A stretch of 32,440 nt of DNA, taken from a bacterium. GTDB lineage: Bacteria > JAJRZV01. The notes below the pieces were generated by a model. That model was not told the DNA's origin and made no database searches. It worked only from the letters and a program-made list of their open reading frames with translations. Where the stretch lies: positions 1 to 32,440 of the forward strand of contig JAJRZV010000033.1 of assembly GCA_024275095.1 (NCBI GenBank). Direction: 5' to 3'. Positions 19,882 to 28,428 of this stretch are shown one piece after another. A program made the position numbers and the translations under genes. How positions within the stretch are numbered: the first letter of the stretch is position 1; every line of letters begins with the position of its first letter.

Positions 19882-21072
19882 CTATAAGGTCAGGCCCTGC
19901 TCCAGAATTTTTGTCAGCGTTTTGGACAGCCGTAGTTTGCGATGGAACTTCTCTTTTTCTTCTTTCTTTAATGCCCGGCCCAGCTGAGCCAGCAGGTCTT
20001 CAAATGTCTGGGGTTCTTCTACTTCCACGACGTGCACGACTTCCCGTTTTGTCAAAAATGCCAGGTTCATCTGTGTCCATATGTCGTGATGAACACATTT
20101 TAAAAACAGGACAGTTACAGACCGCCCGCGACACAGCTTGAATTCAGCAGCAATGCGGTGTCCCTCCACATGACGGAATACATTTCTCGAAATGGCATCG
20201 TTGAGAAGCCTGGAGAATTCCTCGCTTTCCCGGAGACCCGCTTCTGCAGCCAGGCGCCAGCCACGGAGGATGCGGGTGGGGTCTTCGAGAAAAGAGACAG
20301 TTGTCACAGGTACCAGTGCCCGTTCTTCCAGGTGTGTGAATCCCCCCATAAAGTCGTATACATAGCCAGAGTCGTCAGCTAACATTGCGTTGACGGTAAA
20401 ATCGCGCCTCAGGATGTCAGTTTTCACTGTACCGGCGGACACTTCCGGCAATATTCCTGCAGAAGCATACTGTTCACAACGGAGCATGGAAAAATCGAAA
20501 CGTCCGGGAGGCCTTGACACTGTTGCTGTCCCAAAGCGCGTGTTGACGCGGGGATGACTCCCGAAAGCTTCATGGATTGTTTCTCGAAGGGTCTTTACAT
20601 CCATCCACGGCACCAAGAAGTCGACGTCCACTACAGGTCGTTCCAGCAGACAATCTCGAACGGCACCACCTACTAAATATACCGGAATTGAACGCCTTTC
20701 AAAGGCGTAAAAAACGCGATTGATAAAATCCCGATATTCTTTACGAGCAAGGTATTCGAAACTAACCCGGACTTTTCTACGGGCAGGGGACAAATGTTCC
20801 TCTTGAAGAGAGTGGAAGTTTTCAAACTTGTCCCAGAGGCTCACTGTGTTATCCGTGAGCACAGGAATTTCAGCAAGAGGAATGTCGTAAACTACGGAGA
20901 TGTTCTCCTGCGGTTGTTGATTGAACAGAAAAGGGGCCTCGCGGTAGAACGTGTCAGTTACATCTATTTTCAATTGCTTCAGGCGCTCTTTTACGTAACT
21001 GTCCAGAACGTAGAGTCGTCCTTTTATTTTTTTTATGGCTTTAATTTCTGCAGAGGTTGTTTTTTTACGCAC
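19882..21072 (-). CDS. Class II tRNA nucleotidyltransferase (CCA/poly(A) polymerase family), A-adding-like
   Basis: YLVGGAVRD..DVDF, RFGTA, RRDFTVNAM, SFLEDPTRILR. Confidence 0.9.
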   Translation of the reverse strand: MRKKTTSAEIKAIKKIKGRLYVLDSYVKERLKQLKIDVTDTFYREAPFLFNQQPQENISVVYDIPLAEIPVLTDNTVSLWDKFENFHSLQEEHLSPARRKVRVSFEYLARKEYRDFINRVFYAFERRSIPVYLVGGAVRDCLLERPVVDVDFLVPWMDVKTLRETIHEAFGSHPRVNTRFGTATVSRPPGRFDFSMLRCEQYASAGILPEVSAGTVKTDILRRDFTVNAMLADDSGYVYDFMGGFTHLEERALVPVTTVSFLEDPTRILRGWRLAAEAGLRESEEFSRLLNDAISRNVFRHVEGHRIAAEFKLCRGRSVTVLFLKCVHHDIWTQMNLAFLTKREVVHVVEVEEPQTFEDLLAQLGRALKKEEKEKFHRKLRLSKTLTKILEQGLTL

Positions 21073-21958
21073 GAGGATGACACCGTTTGTAAATATTTAA
21101 CACTGCTGAAGGATCAAGATGGGTGTAAATTTGGGTGGTGGTGATACTTGCGTGACCCAGAAGTTCCTGAATGATCCGCAGGTCCGCTCCGTGCTCCAGC
21201 ATGTGGGTGGCAAATGAATGACGCAGCACATGTGGAGTGACCCGCTCAGAAGGTATGCCGGCATGCAAGGCGTATTTTTTGATAATGTTCCACACCTGCT
21301 GGCGAGTGAGTTTTTTCCCGCGATTGCTGAGATACACATAGCCGGGGTCAGCACGTTTTTTCAATAATTGAGGCCGACCTTCTTCGAGATATTTTTCAAG
21401 CCACTCGTGTGCTTCATCACCGAAGGGTACGATACGGCTTTTGCCACCTTTACCGGTGACCACCACGAACAGGTGTTCTCTGTTTATGCTGTTCACGTGA
21501 AGGGTTGCAGCTTCTGAAACCCGAAGCCCTGTAGCGTACATGAGTTCCAGGAGCGAACGATCGCGCAGCGAAAGAGGTCCTGTGACCTGGACGCTGCTTA
21601 ACAGTTGTTCCACCTCGTCCACAGTCAGAACATCAGGAAGTTTATGCTCTTTCCGCACGTGTTCAAGCGATTGAGCAGGATTAGAGGAACATATCCCCCG
21701 GGACTCGCAAAAACTATAGAAGCTTTTCAGCGAGGATATTTTTCGATTGATTGTCGATGGTTTTTTCTTGTGGGAATAAAGAAATCGTATGTACATGCGG
21801 AGATCTTCAGGCTGAATCTTGTGGAAGGGTTTTTTTAATGCAGCGAGCAACTCTTTTACGTCTCCACAGTAAGCTTCAGCGGTGAAGCGGCTGTAGTTTC
21901 TTTCGAATATGAGGTGAACGTAAAAATTTTCCAGAGCGCGTTCGCTTGAAGGTGCCAT
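21065..21958 (-). CDS. xerD: Site-specific tyrosine recombinase XerD
   Basis: RDRSLLELMYATGLRVSE, GKGGKSRIVP, LTRQQVW, TPHVLRHSFATH, LLGH, TTQIYTH, HPRA end; probable start ATG 21958. Confidence 0.9.
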   Translation of the reverse strand: MAPSSERALENFYVHLIFERNYSRFTAEAYCGDVKELLAALKKPFHKIQPEDLRMYIRFLYSHKKKPSTINRKISSLKSFYSFCESRGICSSNPAQSLEHVRKEHKLPDVLTVDEVEQLLSSVQVTGPLSLRDRSLLELMYATGLRVSEAATLHVNSINREHLFVVVTGKGGKSRIVPFGDEAHEWLEKYLEEGRPQLLKKRADPGYVYLSNRGKKLTRQQVWNIIKKYALHAGIPSERVTPHVLRHSFATHMLEHGADLRIIQELLGHASITTTQIYTHLDPSAVLNIYKRCHPRA

Positions 21959-22123
21959 GCTTTTTTTTATATCAGACTCTTCATGTTTCACAGGATTATG
22001 CCCCATCTTGACGTTTTGGAGTTGGAATTCCGTTTCACAATCTCTTTTATATCCAATATTATCATTGAAGCTGCTCCTGGGCTTCAATAGAATAAGAACG
22101 GCGATAATGGGGATTCACAAAAA

Positions 22124-23479
22124 ATGATACGTACAGGGAAGAAAATCTATTTTCTGTTTTTCGCTCTGGTTGTTTTCGGGTGTGGAGGCGGAGGAACAGA
22201 TATTATTTCTCCTGGTCGCATACTCGATTTAAGCGTGGAAGAGGTGGGTCCTGATTACGTGGTTCTTACCTGGACAGCACCCGGAGATAACGGATACTTC
22301 GGAGGTCCTGTTGCAAGGTATGACCTTCGTTATTCCCGTGAGCCTATCGTGAAGGAAACCTGGGAAACATGTGAGCAGGTGTTGAATGAAGGGGAACCTT
22401 CACGTCCCGGTACAGAAGAGAGGTATATCCTGAGGGGGCTGGATATTAAGACACGGTATTATTTTGCCATTCGGTCATACGACGACGTAAACAATCGCTC
22501 TGAAATTTCGAATGTGACTCAGACTGTGACCTTAGATGCTTTTGGAGGTTCGGGTACGTGGTTACAGGCGGCGAATCCCGAGCCTCCAGCAGGAAGTTAC
22601 ATGAAAGGAGGTGTTAACGAAGAACTCCAGCAGATATTTTTTTATGCTCCCCCCTGGACGTTGCTTTACAACTATTCCCCTTCGAGCAGCGGGTGGCAGC
22701 AATTCAGCACATCTCTTACCCCTCCCCAGAGAATTGGTTACGTGGTCATGTATCTGCGCGCGCAGAACAAGTATATTCTTTTTGGTGGGGTTACGGGTGA
22801 CGGTACATATGTCAATTCTTCATATTACTTCGACCCGGTAACCGCTCAGTGGGCACCCACTGGTGCTGGCGGAAGCATCCCCCCTGCTCGAGCAGGTACA
22901 TGCGCGGCAATGGATGAGAACAGCGGAATTTTTTACATATTTGGTGGCGAACTGAGTGATTACTCTGGTGTCCGTTACTACAATGATGTGTATTCTTTTG
23001 ATCCGTCCACGAACACGTGGACTTATGTAAATGCTTCTCCACCCTATCCCCCGGCACGGGTATCTGCAGCATGTGCCTATATTCCTTCACTGAATGTGTT
23101 TTTAATCGTTGGCGGTCGGGACAATGTGGCGACTTATGGAGATATATGGGTTCTGGATTTGAATACCTCCCCTCCGGGATGGATTCAGATTTATCCTGAT
23201 AACGCAGGCCCTCCGCCTTTTTACGGGGCTTTCGCTTTTCACGATGTTTCTTTTTCGCGTATCGTTCTTACAGGTGGTGTTACTGAGTCAGGTAATGCTC
23301 TCGGTTCGGCCTGGGCAATGGAGTATACGTCTGACCTTCGTATCAGATGGGTGAGGCTTAAGCCAGAGGGAACATCTCCAGCGGTGTCTGTGTACGATTG
23401 GGCGCGGGGTGATTCGTCGTTACGCCGTATCTTTTACTATTCCATGGGAGATGGACTTCTTTATCAGCTGGTTTTTTGA
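22124..23479 (+). CDS. Lipoprotein with an FN3-like domain and Kelch repeats
   Basis: Lipobox VFGC; LTWTAPGDNG...YDLRYS...YYFAIRSYD (FN3-like); repeated FGG...Y.FD...W with PPAR (Kelch). Confidence 0.85.
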   Translation: MIRTGKKIYFLFFALVVFGCGGGGTDIISPGRILDLSVEEVGPDYVVLTWTAPGDNGYFGGPVARYDLRYSREPIVKETWETCEQVLNEGEPSRPGTEERYILRGLDIKTRYYFAIRSYDDVNNRSEISNVTQTVTLDAFGGSGTWLQAANPEPPAGSYMKGGVNEELQQIFFYAPPWTLLYNYSPSSSGWQQFSTSLTPPQRIGYVVMYLRAQNKYILFGGVTGDGTYVNSSYYFDPVTAQWAPTGAGGSIPPARAGTCAAMDENSGIFYIFGGELSDYSGVRYYNDVYSFDPSTNTWTYVNASPPYPPARVSAACAYIPSLNVFLIVGGRDNVATYGDIWVLDLNTSPPGWIQIYPDNAGPPPFYGAFAFHDVSFSRIVLTGGVTESGNALGSAWAMEYTSDLRIRWVRLKPEGTSPAVSVYDWARGDSSLRRIFYYSMGDGLLYQLVF

Positions 23480-23523
23480 AGTCCGACTATTGTATTTCAT
23501 CCCGGTAGTTAAACGCTTGTTTT

Positions 23524-25581
23524 TCACAGGCGAAACTTACGAATTTCTCTGGATAGAAATTCTGAAAGCTTGTTGAGTGATTGGGCTGTTTGGTACACGT
23601 CTTCCACGCGCTGGCTGATTTCTTTCATCAAACTGGCACCCCGGGCAATCTTGATGGACGTACCCACGAGTTGTTGCTTCTGTTCTGACGCAGCTGCCGT
23701 GATGACATCTGTATTTTTGCGTATCTCTTCCACCACCTTCATGATATCCTCACCGGCGCGGCTTTGCTCTTCGGTGGCACGCAGGACCTCTTCGCTGAAA
23801 TCCTTCATCCGTTCTGCGGAAGTGCTGATCCTGTCGGCTGCTGTTGCCTGTTCCCTTGTTGACCTGACAATCTCCTGCGCGTGTTCGTTGATTTTTTCTG
23901 CAGCCTCCATGATTTTTTGTGTGCCTTTGGCATGCTCCTCCATTGCACGCGCAATCATTTCCATGGTGGAGGCTGTGTTGATGCTCGCTTCTTCCAGTTT
24001 CTTCAGTGTGTTTAAGGTATTGTTTGAAAGTTTTTGCCCTTCCTCAACCGACTCCAGCCCCACTTCAACCAGCTCGACAGTTCGCTCTACATCCTTGTTG
24101 ACCGCGCGGATAATGGTTTCGATATCGCGGGTTGACAGTGCAGTGCGACTGGCCAGGCTTTTGATGTGCTCGGCCACTACCGCGAAGCTTTTTCCGTGTT
24201 CACCGGCCTGCGATGCAATGATAGATGCGTTAATGGCCAGGAGATTTGTCTGACCGGCGATGTTTTGAATCACAGTAAGAATTTCCTGTATTTCTTCGGT
24301 TCTCTTTTCAAGTGACTGCACACTCCCGGTGATTTCGTGAATGATCTCGTGAATTTTTCTCATCCCTCTGTTGGACGCCTCAGCAGCCTGCATTCCTGCT
24401 TTGGATATCTCTGCCGCTTCCACTGCAATACGTGTTCCTTCGCCCGTCATGTTTTCAACTTCTCTTGTAGAGGAGGCGATCTGGCTCATGGCTACGGAAG
24501 TTTCTTCGATTTCAGTGAGAAGCATCTCTGCACGCTGTGCGATACCGTTGATTTGTTCGTGAATTAAATTGATGGAACCGGAGACTTCGTCAATATGCCT
24601 GCGCAGATTTTTCATTTCGCTTTCCACTTGTTTGAGAGAGGCTGTCATTTCCTGCATGGAGACGGATGCGCTTTCTACCACATTGTGCATGTACTGCATT
24701 TTGCCTGATATGTCCGCTGCGCGTTCGCTCACCGAAGACACCTCTGCTTCCATTTCCGAAAGGCTGTGAGACTGGTCGTCGGTGATTTTTTTGACGTCCT
24801 CTGTGATATTGGAAAGCCCGGCTGCAACAGTAACCAGTTCTTAGGAGACACTGCTGATTTTTTCTATAATACCCCGGATGCTCTCTGTCATGTTGTTGAA
24901 GGCTTCCGTAAGTTCGCCAATTTCATCGTGTTGCAGCACAGATGCGTAGTGCGTGAGGTCACCCTCTCTCAGCTGCATGGAGTGCCTACGCAACCTGTCC
25001 AGGGGCTTCAACACCTGTGACTGAATGAACATGCTCGATGAGAAGTATGCAATGGCCAGTGCCGCCAGCAGGATGAACAGTTGCAGTGCCAGGTATTTTG
25101 CTGCACGTGCAGCGTGCCCCCTTTTGTGGAACCCGACAACCAGTTTTAACCCTTTAAGTGGATCTTCTGTAAGCGGATAAATGACATATTGCAACCCGTT
25201 AAGAGATAGAACCTTTGCCTCACGCGAGGTATCCAGGAACTCTTCCGGTGCCTTGCCGTTAATCATTTCCGGATTACTGTGGGAGACAAAGGTTCCTGTT
25301 TCATCGATAAATGCCATTTCTGCGAGGTCCTCTGAACCTTCAACCGTTCGTTTCAACTCCAAGGAAAGAGCGGTTAAAGCCAGCAGAGTTCCCCCGGAAC
25401 GCTGTAGATTTTCAGAGGCTTTTTTTAGAATCAGGGTGGATACGGCTTTCCCGGTGGTGATCAGGCTTCTTTTACGTTCTGCAGATAGATAAATGTTAAC
25501 GGTAATAAAAAATGTGAGAATAAGGGCTGTGAGCAGCCCGCCTATACGAATCATTAATTTTCTTTGAAGGGACTCCTTCAA
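23524..25581 (-). pseudogene. Methyl-accepting chemotaxis protein with an in-frame TAA at 24843-24841
   Basis: TM-sensor-TM-HAMP (DEIGELTEAFNNM) in 24841-25581 continues in frame as ISSVS*ELVTVAAGLSNITEDVKKITDDQSHSLSE into the MCP domain (IAGQTNLLAINASIIASQAGEHGKSFAVVA). Confidence 0.88.
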
Positions 25582-25608
25582 GATACCCTCCCTTTTATGA
25601 AATTAAAT

Positions 25609-26223
25609 TTATATTATCAGACCTTGATGAAAATCCCAAATTTCGTGCCACATTCTCTCAACCTGCTGACGCGTTTTTTCAAAAGAACCGGTATTGTCTA
25701 TGATGAAGTCCGCTTTTTCGCGTTTAAGATCAGCCGGCATTTGAGATTGAAGGCGTCGGCATGCCTCTTCTTTACTGAGCCCGTCGCGTTTCATTATACG
25801 AGCTATGCACACCTCCGGTGTGGCGTATACAAGAATGACGGGCCTGAGCCATTTTTCCATACCAGCCTCGAATAAAAGGGGTACGTCCAGGAGGATACGC
25901 CGGTGATATTCAGCGGCTTTTTTGAGCTCTTTTAACATCATTTCTGCCACACGGGGATGAGTGATTTCGTTGAGCTTTTTGCGTAGCATTTCATTGCCGA
26001 ACACGAGGCGTCCCAGGCGTTTGCGATCAATTCGTCCATCGGGCAGAAGAACCTCTTTTCCAAAGAACTGCACGATTTCCTCATGGGCAGGTTGACCGGG
26101 TTCTATCACGCGATGGGCAATTTCATCGGCATCGATGACAAATGCTCCACGCTCGGCAAACATACGCGCAACGGTGGTTTTACCTGATCCCACTGTGCCG
26201 GTGAGGCCTGCAACACGGGCCAT
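25609..26223 (-). CDS. coaE: Dephospho-CoA kinase
   Basis: GLTGTVGSGKTTV, IDAD, IDRKRLG, THP, VPLLFE, SQMP, IDNTG. Confidence 0.97.
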   Translation of the reverse strand: MARVAGLTGTVGSGKTTVARMFAERGAFVIDADEIAHRVIEPGQPAHEEIVQFFGKEVLLPDGRIDRKRLGRLVFGNEMLRKKLNEITHPRVAEMMLKELKKAAEYHRRILLDVPLLFEAGMEKWLRPVILVYATPEVCIARIMKRDGLSKEEACRRLQSQMPADLKREKADFIIDNTGSFEKTRQQVERMWHEIWDFHQGLII

Positions 26224-26229
26224 GAATGT

Positions 26230-26904
26230 TCAACCCAGAATGGGACTCAGCATTCGTTGTGTATCCTCGCTCATACCGAGTGCAGTATCTCCTTGCTTCA
26301 ACGCAGCGATAAGATTGGCAGGGGAAAGTTCATCAGCAGGGATAATCGTCCAGCACACACCAAGTTGATGGCGCGCGTGTGCATCAGAGCCTGCAATTTT
26401 AACTTTTGAATATTTATCACAGAGCATGACAAGTTCCTTCACATAGCTTTTATCCACGACACCCTGAACCATGAGGTCCAGCATTTTGCCGTTGAGAACT
26501 TCAATCCCGTCAATGATCTCCAGTACTTTTTCGAGATGCCCGTTTTCCTGAGGAGCAGACCATCCTGTACGGCTGGGCGAACGGGGATGGAGCCATACGA
26601 TGAAAAGCTCCGGCTCTTTTTCTATAGCCTCCACGGAGGGTAAGTACTGAGGAAATTTTTTCAGCAGGTCTGCTCGTGATGCGTATATTCCGAAGTCACC
26701 GTCTTTTGTGGTTACTTCGATACCCGGAAGAACGTGTGCTCCCTGCTGCTCCAATACTTTAATGGCGGAGATTTTTCCATGATCTGTAACGGCAACGGCA
26801 TGGATGTTTTTCTCCTGTACCAGTAATTTGATATCATTACATGTAAGTTAAGAACACTTGGACACATTACTGTGCACGTGCATGTCAATTGAATAAGTTT
26901 TCAT
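26230..26904 (-). pseudogene. PHP-domain phosphoesterase with an in-frame TAA at 26850-26848
   Basis: MKTYSIDMHVHSNVSKCS*LTCNDIKLLVQEKNIHAVAVTDHG continues in frame into GIEV, HP, IEVLNG, GSDAH. Confidence 0.88.
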
Positions 26905-26905
26905 G

Positions 26906-26922
26906 GCTCAATATTATTGAGC
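26906..26922. promoter_or_regulatory. Perfect 8-1-8 palindrome, candidate operator
   Basis: GCTCAATA-T-TATTGAGC in the 43-bp gap between divergent genes. Confidence 0.5.
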
Positions 26923-26947
26923 ATTACGAGAGTTATGGCAAATAGAG

Positions 26948-27217
26948 ATGAAGAGTGAGGAACTTTACAGAGAAGAACGTCTTATCCGTCGCGCTCGAGC
27001 GATAGTGGACAGGACCTTGAGCGAAATTTCTCATAAAGGTCTTTATGGTCGTGAAGCGTGGAGCCTGTATAGGGATGCACGAGAGAAGGTGCTTGCCATG
27101 TTTCCGGACAAGAAGGATGCGTTCAAGCTCATTTACTGGCCCCGGTTTTCGAGAGTGATATGGGAAAATATGCTCAGGGAACTGGACCTTGCATCGGTAG
27201 AAGATATTTCTTTTTAA
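26948..27217 (+). CDS. Hypothetical helical protein
   Basis: 89 aa; FPDK...F.LIY.PRF.RVI pattern resembling an uncharacterised family; fills the gap. Confidence 0.75.
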   Translation: MKSEELYREERLIRRARAIVDRTLSEISHKGLYGREAWSLYRDAREKVLAMFPDKKDAFKLIYWPRFSRVIWENMLRELDLASVEDISF

Positions 27218-27231
27218 GCGACTGTCTGGCT

Positions 27232-27696
27232 TTATTTCTTAAAAAACATTTCCACCATTTTACCCATATTCTGGTGATGTGTACCCTCCCAGTATATTCG
27301 ACCACAGACAGGGCAGCGGGCAAACTCTTCGTGTGTACGATAGACAAATTCCGGCACTTTACTTCTGACCTCTTCACGAGATGCTTCTTCAAGGAGTTCA
27401 TTGCAGATAAGGCACCGCGAAAGGAACTTTTCCTTACTGGGTGTAAGAGAGTGGATGTTCAACACCTTTTGCACCTGTTCGTGAGGATAGTTTTCGGACA
27501 GTACCACAACCTTCAGGTCCTGGGGGAACCTGTAACGCCTCCTTTTTGTAATGAGTATGCGTCCCTCTTTTCGTGAACGTTCGATGAGCTCTTCGATTTT
27601 CGAGTTTTTGTCGTAAAGCACATCGTAACCGAGCATGCGCATGAGCCGGACAAAACCACCTAACATGACATCTGCTGTGAATTTTATTTCGGACAT
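27232..27696 (-). CDS. Mut7-C RNase domain protein (DUF82)
   Basis: ADVMLG...RMLGYD, RILIT, SRCLICN, CPVCGRIYWEGTH. Confidence 0.92.
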   Translation of the reverse strand: MSEIKFTADVMLGGFVRLMRMLGYDVLYDKNSKIEELIERSRKEGRILITKRRRYRFPQDLKVVVLSENYPHEQVQKVLNIHSLTPSKEKFLSRCLICNELLEEASREEVRSKVPEFVYRTHEEFARCPVCGRIYWEGTHHQNMGKMVEMFFKK

Positions 27697-27784
27697 CGCT
27701 GTACAATATGGTAAATTTTATTTCAACCAATTTTAATTGTTTACAGGGGATCTGGTTGGTTGAAGTTGTGAGGAGTGTGTTCAG

Positions 27785-27985
27785 GTGAAGAAAAAGAAAA
27801 AGCGGCTTGTTTACAGGGTCGTTGAAACAAGCATGGTAACGGATGATGAACTCGAACGGATCATCAATGAAAATGTCGAAGAGGGATGGAATCTGGAAAG
27901 CATTCAGTTTGCCATGAAGGAATCATCACGACGCCCTGTAATGGCTTTTATACTTTTTACAAAGGAAGAAGGCGATGAGAGCTGA
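27785..27985 (+). CDS. Small protein, DUF4177-like
   Basis: GAGGAG SD; YRVVE...LERIINE...EGWNL pattern. Confidence 0.75.
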   Translation: MKKKKKRLVYRVVETSMVTDDELERIINENVEEGWNLESIQFAMKESSRRPVMAFILFTKEEGDES

Positions 27986-28385
27986 TCCTGTTAACCGAAT
28001 AATTGGGAAACTCATTGATGTGCTCCTTTTCTTGTTCTTTACCCAGATTTTCACTCCGTATGGAACAGCAGCGGGATTGATATACCTGGCGGTGTGCGAT
28101 GGATTCCCGGGAGGGCGCAGCCTGGGAAAATTCCTTACAAGAACCCGTGTGGTGGATGCATCTACCGGGGAGCCATGTTCTTTCCGGGCGTCTGTGCTCA
28201 GGAATATTCCTGTAGTGGTGGTGTTTCTTTTTTACATCATTCCTTTCGTGGGATGGGTGCTTTTCTTAACGGTTGGAGTGCTTATATTTATGGCGGAGGT
28301 TTTTTTCGTATTCCGGGATGAAAAGGGTCAACGCATAGGTGATACGATGGCAAATACCGTGGTTGTAGGTGTTAGCCACGAGTGA
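27975..28385 (+). CDS. RDD-family membrane protein
   Basis: RIIGKLID, SLGK, RN, QRIGDTMANTVVV. Confidence 0.9.
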   Translation: MRADPVNRIIGKLIDVLLFLFFTQIFTPYGTAAGLIYLAVCDGFPGGRSLGKFLTRTRVVDASTGEPCSFRASVLRNIPVVVVFLFYIIPFVGWVLFLTVGVLIFMAEVFFVFRDEKGQRIGDTMANTVVVGVSHE

Positions 28386-28428
28386 TGTGAAACACCATCA
28401 CATATCAAATTGGTGAGTTGAGGTTTTC

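Noticed and set aside
21065-21958. Tyrosine recombinase as a prophage or island integrase
   Set aside because: Length and motifs match housekeeping XerD, neighbours are core genes, and no att or dif site was recognised
13590-26850. Shared SECIS/PYLIS-like element after the three TAA codons
   Set aside because: Downstream sequences (GGCGACGCAAGA, GAACTGGTTACT, CTTACATGTAAT) share no motif and only weak, dissimilar hairpins; Sec and Pyl use TGA and TAG
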